The position numbers were made by a program, and so were the translations under genes. This document shows, one piece after another, positions 27,201-39,154 of a stretch of DNA of 64,000 bases. The stretch comes from Neocallimastix sp. 'constans' (lineage: Eukaryota). How positions within the stretch are numbered: the stretch's first letter is position 1; the number at the start of each line of letters is the position of its first letter. The notes beneath the pieces are model-generated. The model made no database searches and was not told where the DNA came from. It saw only the letters and a program-made list of their open reading frames with translations. The stretch covers positions 248,001 to 312,000 of the forward strand of contig JBODTK010000125.1 in assembly GCA_050613775.1 (NCBI GenBank). Reading direction: 5' to 3'.

Positions 27201-29003
27201 GATTTCAGGTACTTCGACCTTTTCATCATCTTTATTTAAATTATTATTTTCATTATTACATTTTTCAATTACATTTAATTTCTTACATTTACTTGATTCA
27301 CAAATTTTCTTTAAGATCTTTAAACTATTTTTACTAATTTTACTAACACAATTCATAACAATAATATCATCACTATCACTAAAATTATCGCTATCACTAA
27401 TGCTATCACTAAAATTATCTAACATAAAAGTATCATTAATATCACTATCGCTATCACTATTAATAAATTCAGTACAAGTTCTAATACGAGTTCGGCGGCC
27501 ACGAATAGAAATTTCTTCTTCAGAATCAGATTCGGAATCGGATTCAAAGAAAGATTTTCTTTTTCTTGAGTCTTCAATAATTTTATTTTCTTCCAAGTCG
27601 GTAGCAGATTCTTTTCCTTTGTTCTTTTTCTTGTTCTTGATCTTGTTCTTTCTTTTTCTTTTACCGTTATTACAGTGTCTAGCGCAAAATCCTGAGCCAA
27701 AGGAGATCTTCTTTGCGTCGTGGTAATTATAAGGCGAATGCTTCTCAATCCAAGGTAGACCTAAAATAATATCAACATCAGGAATTCTGAGTACATACAA
27801 TTGAATGATTTCTAAGTGATTTTTTAAACGTAAAATGCACTTCTCCGTTTCCTTTTTAACTGTTGATATTCCGTAACCAAGACCAGTAACACGGAATGGT
27901 TCTTCAATTTGTTGGGTTTTGATTCCAAAAGCCTTCGCAAATTCTGGGTGAATAAAGTTAAGATCTGATCCAGAATCAATCAAAACTCTTGCCTTTACTT
28001 CTTCTGTATCGTTTGTTTTGATATAAAAATCAATAATGTTACTTTTCTTGGTCAAGAGTGAGTTTTGCTCTTCAACAATTTTTCTGACTTTCAAAATATC
28101 TTCTTGGCTGTTGATTCTTCTGATTCTTCTTAAGCTAGTAGATGCAATATTATCATTTCTTTCTTTCTTGTTGATCATTTTAACTGTAGCGGGCCTCTTC
28201 TTGTTCGGGCAATTAAATTTAAGATGCCCTGGTTGCTTACAATAGTAGCAAAGACCTTTTCTTCTTTCTTCTTCCTTAGAGTTAACATTCTCCTGGTACA
28301 ATTTCTTGTTGGATGGGAAATAGTTGGTATTCCTTTGACCTCTCTTGATTCGATAGAGGTCAACTTCCATGGGATCATTATTAGTGAGTTGTGTACTGGA
28401 ACTAGCGTTGTTTCGGTGATTGTATTGATGAAAATAAAATTCATTAATACTGTGTCTTTTGGTTAAACTCTCAATGCTAATAACGTCAGTAAACAAAGCT
28501 CTTAAATTGTTTGGGTTCGGATTGACCACGGCAAGATGTTCTCTCATTTTATAATGTAATCCTTTGATAAACATGTATATTTTTGCAGACTCGTTGAAGT
28601 CTGAGTTTCTTGCAACTTTATTGAATTCATTAATGTAATCGTTAACGCGGCCAAACTTATGTTGACGGATTGAACAAAGTTTCCCATTAGCAATTACAGT
28701 ATTAACTTCTTCTTCACCATAACGAGCTCTAAGTTCATTAATGAAATTTTCATAGGAATTCAAAATTTCGTCATTGTTGCGTCTCAAAGACGAAGCCCAG
28801 TCTAAAGGTTCTCCAATTAAATAAGAAATTAAGAATTTGACTTTTGCGATGTCATTATTAATTCCATGTGGGTTGGATTCCATAGCAATTTCGGCTCTGG
28901 TTAGGAACCCGTCGAATTCCCTCTTGATACCAGAAAACAGTGGTGGATCATTTACTGTTTTCTGAGTGTTTCTTAAGAAGCCTTGATTATTTGCTTGGTT
29001 CAT
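24234..29003 (-). CDS. Gag-Pol polyprotein with chromodomain (copy B)
   Basis: Same translation as copy A except MNCVSK versus MNCDSK. ATG at 29003. Confidence 0.95.
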   Translation of the reverse strand: MNQANNQGFLRNTQKTVNDPPLFSGIKREFDGFLTRAEIAMESNPHGINNDIAKVKFLISYLIGEPLDWASSLRRNNDEILNSYENFINELRARYGEEEVNTVIANGKLCSIRQHKFGRVNDYINEFNKVARNSDFNESAKIYMFIKGLHYKMREHLAVVNPNPNNLRALFTDVISIESLTKRHSINEFYFHQYNHRNNASSSTQLTNNDPMEVDLYRIKRGQRNTNYFPSNKKLYQENVNSKEEERRKGLCYYCKQPGHLKFNCPNKKRPATVKMINKKERNDNIASTSLRRIRRINSQEDILKVRKIVEEQNSLLTKKSNIIDFYIKTNDTEEVKARVLIDSGSDLNFIHPEFAKAFGIKTQQIEEPFRVTGLGYGISTVKKETEKCILRLKNHLEIIQLYVLRIPDVDIILGLPWIEKHSPYNYHDAKKISFGSGFCARHCNNGKRKRKNKIKNKKKNKGKESATDLEENKIIEDSRKRKSFFESDSESDSEEEISIRGRRTRIRTCTEFINSDSDSDINDTFMLDNFSDSISDSDNFSDSDDIIVMNCVSKISKNSLKILKKICESSKCKKLNVIEKCNNENNNLNKDDEKVEVPEIYLMFKEVFNENNCNVLPPHRNYDCEIKLKDNCSLFYGPLYPLTETEREELKKYLEENLKKGFIRKSSSPAGAPILFVRKKDGTYRLVIDYRKLNEMTIRNSYPLPLISELLDRVKGAKYFTKLDLKSAYNLVRIKEGDEYKTAFRTRYGHFEYLVMPFGLKNAPATFQHFINDVLSDYLDDFVISYIDDILIYSNTLEEHHVHVKKVLRKLLENHLVVKLEKCEFDVTETTFLGYVLSRDGIEMDKEKVKAILDWPVPTNVKEIQSFIGLCNYYRIFIKDFAKIANPLHKLTRKNVPFNWSSEQQKAFDTLKELFTTAPILKHPDSNKQFIVETDASNFAVGAILSQEFDGHLHPIAFISTSLTKSQRNYPIYDKELLAIKVALEGWRHYLEGARHQFIIYTDHKNLTFPRKPELLSQRQIRWYEFLSRFDFKLIYRAGKKSGKPDILSRRSDHLFASVRPISCVINSCSFKNDSLISSIHDSLANDEFYCKITEFLKNDNSKDPPFSKIDKFSLDKNGYLLFENLIYVPNKIRIRVLELHHDSISAGHFGINKTIELISRNFWWPKLQKDVKMFIKSCEICSKSKIPRHKPYGLLSPLYTPNRAWSAISMDFIVELPKSKDMTTIMVVVDRLTKMAHFIPFRCLPTASIAADSFIANIFKLHGFPDSIISDRGSQFTSDFWNRLCSLLNIKHSFSTANHPQTDGQTERVNSILEQYLRCFINEKQNNWFDLLPFAEFSYNNTLQQSINQSPFFANYGFNPKFNPEIPSNENPHRAEKRILNINENIKFLKENLEQAKKTYKKYADLKRIDSPDFKVGNKVYLLKGNTTKKNKKLSDQLIGPFEIIRKVSDLAYELKLPNNMRCHPVFHVSLLEPYHENEFPNRRNTRRRNINLTTDTINRSPERIIKMKTFNNKNRYLIKWKGCDSNENTWIDEDQIFDKQLIQEYYRKEKKNKSSNINNEFCQLPEDSNEYYVRHKYQPFVIDLPS

Positions 29004-29336
29004 TTCTAAATCAAGGTTTTCGAATTTTTGAATTAAATCTTCAACTTCGTTCAATTTGTAACTTATTATTTACTTTTGAATATTTTAAATAATGATATTT
29101 GAAATAGATGTTCTAATAAAAAGATATTTCTATTATAATATTGTATGTAAAGTCGAACTGGCTCTCTCCAATTGTAGTGGTGCCGTCGAGTAAACTGAAT
29201 ATTATAATATAGTATCTTACTGGTTAAAATTTAATTCCAAATAATATTATGGATTTCTCACGTAATCTGGTAATTTTATTCAAAAGTCTTGCACAAGTGT
29301 CCCAATATGATAAATGGTATGGTATGAGTCTGGTAA

Positions 29337-29435
<99 letters not shown>

Positions 29436-29440
29436 TGGTA

Positions 29441-30129
29441 GAATTAGCCTGAATCGAGTAGAATATTTCCTTAAACTGGTAGAATAGCCTGAATCGAGTT
29501 GAATATTTCCTTAAACTGGTAGAATTAGCCTAAATCGAGTAGAATATTTCCTTAAACTGGTAGAATAGCCTGAATCGAGTTGAATATTTCCTTAAACTGG
29601 TAGAATTAGCCTAAATCGAGTAGAATATTTCCTTAAACTGGTAGAATAGCCTGAATCGAGTTGAATATTTCCTTAAACTGGTAGAATTAGCCTAAATCGA
29701 GTAGAATATTTCCTTAAACTGGTAGAATAGCCTGAATCGAGTTGAATATTTCCTTAAACTGGTAGAATTAGCCTAAATCGAGTAGAATATTTCCTTAAAC
29801 TGGTAGAATAGCCTGAATCGAGTTGAATATTTCCTTAAACTGGTAGAATTAGCCTAAATCGAGTAGAATATTTCCTTAAACTGGTAGAATAGCCTGAATC
29901 GAGTTGAATATTTCCTTAAACTGGTAGAATTAGCCTAAATCGAGTAGAATATTTCCTTAAACTGGTAGAATAGCCTGAATCGAGTTGAATATTTCCTTAA
30001 ACTGGTAGAATTAGCCTAAATCGAGTAGAATATTTCCTTAAACTGGTAGAATAGCCTGAATCGAGTTGAATATTTCCTTAAACTGGTAGAATTAGCCTAA
30101 ATCGAGTAGAATATTTCCTTAAACTGGTA
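29441..30129 (-). repeat. Gypsy B leader array: 17 monomers, with the poly-A tract read as T93 at 29339-29431
   Basis: Length 689 = 41 + 8x81. Confidence 0.95.
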
Positions 30130-30342
30130 GCGATATCCTAAAGCTGGTAGCAATAATCTAAAATTGTGAGTATTCCAAAGTCGGTAGTGTCAAAAGTGGG
30201 TAGCTTCTAAAAATCCTTGGTAAAAATATCTGGTAAAAATATCTTGATTCAAGCCACAAATAAGCCACAAAAGAGTCACGTGTTTTAAATATTTTTTATT
30301 GATTTATAACGTATTTTTGTTTGTTTAAAAGGTAATTGTTAT

Positions 30343-31114
30343 TATAAAGTTTTGATAAAAAAAATAGATTATAAATCAACACTTCAATAATAACACTAAA
30401 ACACAAAATAATAGTTTTAAAGAACAAGTTTTATTAATTTTTTAAATATTAAAATCTTTATTTATTTTAAAGTGTTATTAACAAGAAATCGTTAATAACA
30501 ATTACATCGATTAAAATACATGAAATTTGATAACTATTTATATTTTTATCTTATTGCATTTATAATATATAATTCCTATTGAATTATATTATCTAGCTAT
30601 TTATTTAAAACAGTACTAACCTAAACTAATAATAAATAATTAACTATTACTAAATAAAGAGAATTATAATTAATAACTAAAATAAATATAATCAATTCTA
30701 ATTGAGTTCATTTATTATTTATTTATTATTTAAATATTATTAGTAAATTTATTATATATTTTCTATTTAAAAATAATATAAAAGTTGTCATAATTATTTA
30801 ATATAAATTTAGCATAAAATGCCGTAAGTTTCAACATGACTAATTGCATAGTTTCATGTTGTTAATTTATCTTGTGAAAAACCTTAACTCTTATTATTTA
30901 AATTAAATTACATAAAAAGAAATGATTTTCAAATACTAGTTTCACAAGAGAAATTTTTAATTTATTAGTATGATTGGGAAAAAATCGGAATTATGTTAAA
31001 AATATTTTCAATAATTTTATACACGTGATTTCAAATAAATTTATTTTAATTTTTACTTAAATTTATGATTAAATTTAATTAAAATTATTTAAAGATATTA
31101 ATAATATCTTTACA
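30343..31114 (-). repeat. Gypsy B 5' LTR
   Basis: Followed on the minus strand by the PBS at 30342..30332. Confidence 0.95.
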
Positions 31115-31676
31115 GATAGGCCTTCATTGTTATTCGGTTATTAATTTCTTCCTTCAAGCTGTATGGCTTTGATTCAGTAGTTATCGTCAATGTCCTCCTA
31201 AATTCTTTAGTCATTGCCGAATACATAAATTTTAATTTTTCATTATCTGAAATTTTTAGTCCATTTTCTTCCATTGACTTGAATATATCAAACATATCAT
31301 CAAGTACAGTAGGAATTTCATTTTCAGACTTAGCTCTTAATGAGTTTAATTTTTTAATCCAGTACTTGATGTCTTCTTGACTACCTCCATACTTTTTCTT
31401 CAGACGTTCCATGATGGCATAGGCAGATTTTACGTTTAGGTAGTCCTTAAGAATGTTATCTTCCATACTGTTTATAATAATGTCCCTGACGGTAGCATTA
31501 CATTTGTTTATTTCCTCATTTACTTTCTTGTCGGATTTCTTTGAATTATTGTAGATATCCGTAATTAAGAATTCTTCAAGGCCTAATTTTTCGACTGCAG
31601 TAGTAATTCTGAATTTCCAGGTTTGGAAATTTTTTCCGTTAAGAGGTTTGATTTTGATTTCTTGATTGAAATTCAT
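31115..31676 (-). pseudogene. Copia-1 gag N-terminal fragment (UBN2-like)
   Basis: Begins MNFNQEIKIKPLNGKNFQTWKFRI, with the LNGxNFxxW copia gag signature. Cut at KAY by gypsy B. Confidence 0.88.
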
Positions 31677-31690
31677 TTTGTTTTAATAAA

Positions 31691-31706
31691 ATGAGACTCT
31701 TAATCT
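31691..31706 (-). promoter_or_regulatory. Copia-1 PBS (A)GATTAAGAGTCTCAT, complementary to the tRNA-Lys(CUU) anticodon arm
   Basis: Lies about 15 nt upstream of the gag ATG. The identical 16-mer occurs in Copia-2 directly after its LTR. Confidence 0.8.
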
Positions 31707-31973
31707 ATTGAAATTAAGGTTTTTAAGATTTAAATTTTTAATATATTTTATTCTTATTATGGTAATTACAAAGATTTAATAATACATGAATTTTTAACTT
31801 TATTTATACTAATTAATTAGTGGCGTATTTTTGTCATGTGGCTTTATTTTTATCAAGCCACATTTGTAAATGTGGCGCTTGTTGTAAACATTGGTTGACT
31901 ACTTTTATTTTTATTTATATTAAATTTATATTATTATTTATTTTTTATAATTTATTTTTTAATTATTCTATCA

Positions 31974-32046
<73 letters not shown>

Positions 32047-33072
32047 TTATGAGTCAGGAATTTAGTGTATAGTGTTTATAATTATATCAATCTTATTAAT
32101 ATAATCTTAGGATATTAAAATTGATTACATTTATAACTAATTATATTATTTTAGTCATTTAAACTTATTAGTAAATAATGCTAATTGTTTCATTGTTTAT
32201 TAATATTCAGTATTGCAATCAAAAAGTAATATTACTTTGTAATCATAGTAACATACTTTATGGTTTGATAGAAGTCAATGTTTAATATATGATTGCTTAA
32301 ATCCTTGTAAGTAATTTATATTATTGAATTCCATTTTGTATATTAATGAAGTGGATATAGTTTATCACAAAGTAGATTCCTTTATGTATAAATAGAGTAC
32401 TTTATTAAGTGCCTAAAGTTTCATTAATAGTCTCTTTAGATGTATAAGAATTTATTATAATATATGCTTAAGAATGTTTTTCTCTATTAAATTAATATTT
32501 ATATATTTTTTTGAGTTTTATTTTACTTAAGATAATTCTCTTCTATCAAGTATTTTATATATTTATGAATTTTTTTAATTTTTCAATCTTGATCATTTCA
32601 AATATTAAATCAATTTTATTAATCTTCCTTAAATTGATAAAATGATCAGCTTTTATCATAATTTAAAATTTAAATTTATTTTTTTTTTATAAAAAACAGA
32701 AGACTTACGTTTCCCCCATATATTAATATGGGTATATGTTTAACTGCCACACCGGTACGGCATCGACACTCGCAACACTCCATAAGCAAAAAAACTCCAG
32801 TATAGGTCAGGAATTAAGAGTTTATAGTTACATTAACTTTATTAATATAAATTAAGATAAAGAGTCAATATTATTTTAAATTAAATACTTCTATATTAAT
32901 TTATTGTGGATTATGCATTAGATATATTACAATATGTTTCAATACATTTTAAGCTTATTTTTCATATATTTCATATATTTCACATATTATCAATTATTAT
33001 TATTATTATTATTATTATTTATTAGTAGAATTTTCCTTTTATTTCCTTTTGTTCATTTATTTATTATTATTA

Positions 33073-33103
<31 letters not shown>

Positions 33104-33114
33104 TTTAATATAAT

Positions 33115-33547
33115 ATGACCATTTTCCAGGTTTTCCTTATAAAAGGTTTTTTACTGAATGTGGTGGTTAGGGTTGCAGGTAAGAACAACCCCCTATATAT
33201 TATTAGAATAGATACTGAACTAATTGAAAGGGTAATAAGGGTACATGATTTCATGTGTCCATGTAGATATATTCTACTAAATTGCAATCTTTCTGACAAT
33301 TATGCAATTGCCAGGGAGCTAGGAGGAAACTCTGTGTATTAGGTTATACTGGAGAAGCACTGAAGTAGTTCTTGTAAAATTCTCAGCAATAATATACATG
33401 TCAGAGCGCCAATGCTGAAACTCTCAGTAAGGTCGTCCAGTTGGGACAATTATGCCTTTATAAAAAAGAAGTGTGTGACAACCTCAATATTCCAACTGCT
33501 CCTGAGGGGGGGGAATATTGGCTGAAATCAAAGGCAGTACACACTAG
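33115..33547. repeat. GC-richer dispersed repeat fragment of unknown class
   Basis: 33115-33171 aligns with 60720-60776 (atga(c/t)cattttccaggttttcct...ttttttac.gaat.tggtg.ttagg). Hairpin caatattcc/ggaatattg near the right end. Confidence 0.45.
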
Positions 33548-33777
33548 AAATAAAAAAAAAAAAAAAAAAAAATTCATTTTTTTAAACGTATAAAAATTTA
33601 GATAATAATTTATAACAAAGAATTAAATAATGTTTTGTACGCATAATATCATGTGATGCTTAGTATATTACACAATATTATATATAAAAGTTTATTTTTT
33701 TATATTATTATTAAATTACTGTCTAATTTTTTTTTTTTTTAAAAAAAAAAAAAATAAAGTTTTTATACAAAAATCAA

Positions 33778-34154
33778 ATGTGTGAAAATAACAGTAATAA
33801 GAATAATTCATATGAGCAAGAATTTGATGCTTTATTGACTGCAATCTATATTAATAATCAGGAAAAAGTAATAAATTTTATATTAATTTATAAAATCTAG
33901 TAATAACTATGTCTAAAATTCATAAAAATCAATAGAAATCAATAGAAATTTCATAAATGAAATTTAATTCTATTTTACATTAAATTAATTATAATAATTA
34001 AAATAAATCAATAAAAAAAAAAAAAAGGAAGGAAAGAAGGAAGAGAAAGCAATATTAAATTAAATAAATAATACTTAAAAAATAACTAAAAAAAAGCAAA
34101 TTTTCGTTTATATTCTGAAAATTTAATAGTTATAATATAATTTGGGTGCATTAG

Positions 34155-34191
<37 letters not shown>

Positions 34192-34475
34192 TACTTAAAA
34201 AATTGTTTCAAAATATTAATGTATAAATTTTTTCTTTTTCTTTTATATATTTATATATATTTTTTAATAATACCTTTTTTTTTTTTTTTTTTTTTAAATT
34301 TTTGAAATAGAAAATGTTTTAACATTATAAATTAATATTTGAATAAATACAAGAACCTTACATAATTTTATAAATATAAACTAATATTCAAAATAAGAAA
34401 TTTCAGAATTTTATTAATAGTGTTCTTTTTTTTTTTTTTTTTATTTTTATTTTTATTTTTTTTTAATTGTAAATA

Positions 34476-34524
<49 letters not shown>

Positions 34525-35943
34525 TTAACAATTAATTATTTTAATTATTATTTAGAGAAAAGAAATTTTTCAAACAATAAAAAATATTTATGATAAGTAT
34601 ATAAAATATAAATCAAGAGAAAATGTTTTGGCTTCTGAAAGAAGAAAAGACCTTCAAACAAATTGTATACCATGGTTGGTCAATCAAATTAATAAAGTAA
34701 TGATTTTAGAAAATGGTGAAGAAGAAGTTGATGCAATTTCTGAATTAATTTCTGAAATTAACGGTTTTGGAAGTAAATATAATAATAATAATATATATAA
34801 TAATATATATGTGTATATATATTTATGAAAATTACAAATTCAATTTACTAAATGGTATTATGTTATTAATTAATAAATCATTATTGGGTAAATAATAGCT
34901 TCAAAACCAAGTGAAAAAGAATGGAAATTTAAAACTGCCACTATTAAGATTGTTGAAGATTCTTCAAAAGGAGGTATTGGTGGAATGATTTGGAATTCAA
35001 GTGTTGTATTTTCAAGGTAAAATATAATAGTTTAATAATTTTAATTTGTATAATTAAATTATTTTTATTATTATGAGGTTGTAATATAATATATATATAT
35101 ATTAAGTAATAACGATTATTTCAAAAATAAAAACTTTTTTTTTTTTATTTTTATTGATTTATTTTAATTATTATAATTAAAAAATTTTAAAGCTTAATTG
35201 ATGAAGGAAAAATAGTTATGAATTCAAATTCAAATATTTTAGAATTAGGTTGTGGTACAGGATTATCTGGTTTAATGTGCGCTAAACTTAATCCAAAGCA
35301 AGTCGTCCTTTCTGATTTTGATGAAGTAGTTATAGATAATGCTAAAAAAAATATTGAGGTTAACGAATCTTCCCATAATATGTCTACTTGTCAAATTGAT
35401 TGGAATGATTACATGGATATTGATCCAGAGGATGTTTTAAATTATCTTAATATTAATGAAGTGGAATTAGATGATAATGGTAAATTTATGTATAAACAAA
35501 GAAGAATTTTTAAACCTTATATCTATAATACTGTTATTGCAGCGGATGTTCTTTATGATTTTAAACATGCTTATATGGTACCAAAAGTAATAAATTATTT
35601 CCTTGAAAAAGATTTAGCCACTTCAGAAGAAAAGGAAAAAGATAATGAGTTTAAGGATACTCCGTGGTTTCATAGAACTCCAATTATATTTGTGGTAGTC
35701 CCAATTCGTTACCGTTTTGAAAATGAAATTCCGGAATTTGAAAATAATATGAAAAATCAAAATTTCAAATTGCTCTATGAAGAAGTTTTAAGAAATAAAA
35801 AGGAAAAAGAAGAAGCTCTTGAAGATATGAAAGAGGAAGAAGAGCGTATTAATTTCGAAAGAGAAATTGATGAATCAAATACCTCAAATGAACCAGATCC
35901 GTCGATTCATAAATTTAAATTTTATATTTATTGTAGAAACTAA
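33778..35943 (+). CDS. Class I SAM-dependent protein-lysine methyltransferase (METTL21/Efm family), 4 exons
   Basis: Exons at ~33778-33867, 34556-34772, 34899-35016 and 35193-35943. Motifs GIGGMIWNSSVVFS, ILELGCGTGLSG, LSDFD, IDW and AADVLY. Confidence 0.88.
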
Positions 35944-36259
35944 ATTATAAAGTATTTAATTATAGACAAAAAATTCAAAATAATATATATTATTGTATAT
36001 AGATAAATTATTATTAATCATTATTATTATTATTATTATATTATAATAATTAAATAAATAAATATATAATAAAAAAAATTACAATAATGGATTTAATAGA
36101 AACAATGATATTCCGTTAAAAAAAAAAAAATAAAAAATAAAAAGAAAATAAAAATAAGCATACTTTATTTCAAAACATTAAATAATTAAAAATTCAAAAT
36201 TATATTTATTGATTTTTAATCGTTTAAAAATAGATGAATAATAAATAAATAGAAATTAA

Positions 36260-36321
<62 letters not shown>

Positions 36322-36384
36322 GAAATATAATAATGAGTATTTAAATTACATCTTAGTATTCTATATATAGATATAACTGTGTTC

Positions 36385-36420
<36 letters not shown>

Positions 36421-36947
36421 TTATTTATTTATTTATTTATTAAATTAATTTATTTATTGTTTTCATTATTCTTATTTCTTATTTTACCTTTATTAAATGA
36501 AAATAATAAAATTACCATCTTTGTTAATATTAAATATAAACTTTATTCAAAAAAAAAAAAAAAAAAAAAAAAAAAGTATTCATTTTATTTCGAATATTAA
36601 TTTAAATTTATTATTTCAATTTTTTACAATTTTTTAAACACAAAAAAAAAAAACATTAAAACCAGTAACAACAACAACAACAACAACAAAAACAAAACAA
36701 AACAAACAAAACAAAACAAAACAAAACAAAAAAAAAATATATATATATATATTGATAAACATTTGTTTTTTTTTTATAATTTTTTTTATAATTTTTTCAA
36801 ATTCGTCATAAAAAGTTTCTTTCTTTCTTTCTTTTTTTTTTTTTTTTTTGGTTTATGGTTAATTTTTATTTTTAATTTTTTTTTCTTTTTATTAATATTT
36901 TTATATTATTAATATTTTATTAAATAAATGATAAAATGTTTGATTAA

Positions 36948-37646
36948 TTACTTTCCTGGTGGTTGTCCGTAACCATAAGGTGGTTGTCCGAATGGGGGTT
37001 GGCCATATAGACCTGGAGGTTGACCATATAGACCTGGAGGTTGACCATATGGACCTGGAGGTTGACCATATGGACCTGGAGGTTGACCATATGGACCTGG
37101 AGGTTGACCGTATGGATCTGGTGGTTGTTCATATAGATTAGGTTCTTTCTCTCCAGAATTCGATACATTTCTAGAACCTTGTCCATAAGGGGGTTGACCA
37201 TATTGTCCATATGGAGTTTGTCCATATGGAGGTTGTCCATACTGACTAAAGCCTGGTTGGCCATACTCTCCAGATGGGGGTTGTCCGTATGAATATGGGT
37301 TTGTGTCATTTGCATTATCCGATGGACTCATATTCTTATCTTTGTGCTTTTTATCCTTTCCGAACTTTTTATTAGCATAAACAGCTGCAGCTGCTATACC
37401 TCCACCTGCTAAAAGAGTCGTACCTAAACCTAAACCATGATTCTTGTTCTTCTTCTTCTTTTTATGTTTATGTTTCTTACCACCAAAGCCTCCTCCGAAT
37501 CCATGATGACCACTAGAAGAAGAAGAGGAAGAAGAAGAGGAAGAAGAAGAGGAGGAGGAAGAAGAGGAGGAGGAAGAAGAGGACTTTCCTCTACTTCTAC
37601 TTGAAGAACTGTCACTATCAGAGCCACTATTAATTATATCGTACAT
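36948..37646 (-). CDS. Low-complexity protein: poly-Ser, basic patch, Gly/Ala hydrophobic segment, C-terminal YGQPP repeats
   Basis: GC-richer 232-aa ORF with 21-nt coding repeats (GPYGQPP). An upstream exon cannot be excluded. Confidence 0.75.
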   Translation of the reverse strand: MYDIINSGSDSDSSSSRSRGKSSSSSSSSSSSSSSSSSSSSSSSSGHHGFGGGFGGKKHKHKKKKKNKNHGLGLGTTLLAGGGIAAAAVYANKKFGKDKKHKDKNMSPSDNANDTNPYSYGQPPSGEYGQPGFSQYGQPPYGQTPYGQYGQPPYGQGSRNVSNSGEKEPNLYEQPPDPYGQPPGPYGQPPGPYGQPPGPYGQPPGLYGQPPGLYGQPPFGQPPYGYGQPPGK

Positions 37647-39118
37647 TTAAATTTCTTATTAAAAATTATATATATATATATATATATTATTTTAAAATAA
37701 AATATAAAAAAATAAAATAACAATTTGTCAATATTTATATATTCTTGTTAAATTTTTTTATATAAATAATGAATGTACTTTTAGAGTATACATATTAAAT
37801 TATTTATGACTATATTTTTTAAATATTAAATAATAATTATTTAAATAGATAATTATCTTTATTTTACATTAAAAATATCTTTTTCATCTCATAATTATTA
37901 TTCATTTCTAATTTTACCAGTATGTATAAAACAATTATTTATTTATGATAAACATTACTTTTATAATCAATTTTATTATTTAAAAAAAATTGTATATTTT
38001 TTTTTCTGATAATAATATATATATATATTAAGAATAAACTGTATAATATTTTGACGATTCTTATTTTTGTTTTTAATTTTATATAATTCTTAAAATATAT
38101 TATTTATATTATTTACATATGATATCAAAAATTTCCTTTTTTTAAATGTTCAATTTACTTACTCTTTTGATATAAATTGTTAAAACACGCTCAATATATA
38201 TTTATAATTTAAGTTTTTACAATGTACATTATAAATAATAAATAAAATTATCTTTAAAGGATAATTTTATTTTTATTTGTGTCTATTTTTTTTTTATTTT
38301 ATATTTTTTTTTATTATTATTAGTTTTTATTTCTATATTTTTATAAACAGTTGATATAAAATAGATAAAAAATATTAAAATATTAAAATAAATTTCATTT
38401 TCATTCTATTTTTTTTTTTTTAATATGATTTTAAAGTATATAATAAATTTATTCCGTATTTATATTTTTTATAATATTAAATATTTAATATAATTCTAAA
38501 AATATAATTTCAAAGTTAATTAAAATAAATAAAATTTTAAATTTAAATTTTTTTTTTTATTATTAATGATTTAAATTTACTATATTTTAAATTTATATAT
38601 TATTATGAATAGTTTTTTTTAAATAAAATAAGGTTTTAATAATGTATTATTTATATATTACAACCCAAAAAAAATTTTTTTTAACATTATTAAAAAATTT
38701 TATTTTAAAATATTTTAAGTGATTTTGATTAGGAAGAGATAAATAAATATATAATTTTTCATTTAATTCATATTATTATATTAATAATTTTTTTATTTAA
38801 TAAAATATAATAGTATATAATTACAGTAATAATTCCTATTACTATTTTAATGAAGGAAAATTCTTTTTAATAATTAATATAATACTTATTCCTGTTAAAT
38901 CTGACTTTATATAATACATATTATTTAATTTGTACTTTTTTATTTAATAATTTAGTAAATTATAAATAAAATAAATTATTAAAAATAAAGTCATATATCT
39001 GTTATCAACGTATTAATGACTATTTCTTTTTAATTTATGAAATATAGCAAAATTAAATGAACTTTAAGTGACAATAATCATGATATAAATATTAAAATAA
39101 TTATTAAAATAGTAAAAA

Positions 39119-39154
<36 letters not shown>

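Larger units (their letters stand above)
23425..31114 (-). mobile_element. Ty3/gypsy chromovirus, full-length copy B (same family as A)
   Basis: 772-bp LTRs at 23425-24196 and 30343-31114. TSD GATAG at 23420-23424 and 31115-31119. Intact ORF. Confidence 0.97.
12086..31890 (-). mobile_element. Ty1/copia LTR retrotransposon (Copia-1), interrupted by two gypsy insertions and 3'-truncated
   Basis: Three ORF pieces rejoin in frame once the two gypsy copies and one TSD each are removed: gag, then zinc knuckle/protease, then integrase-RT-RNase H (copia order). PBS at 31691-31706. The 5' LTR outer boundary is uncertain (~31890 or beyond). No 3' LTR was seen. Confidence 0.9.

Noticed and set aside
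14875..31114. Inverted duplication as an assembly artefact or inversion
   Set aside because: Each copy has its own 5-bp TSD, the copies differ slightly, and the host ORF rejoins in frame at both sites.
32700..32820. GC-rich patch considered as a degenerate tRNA or SINE
   Set aside because: No convincing cloverleaf or B box.
33485..33547. Helitron 3' end (hairpin plus CTAG)
   Set aside because: The hairpin-to-CTAG spacing is long, the next base is A rather than T, and no 5' TC terminus was identified.
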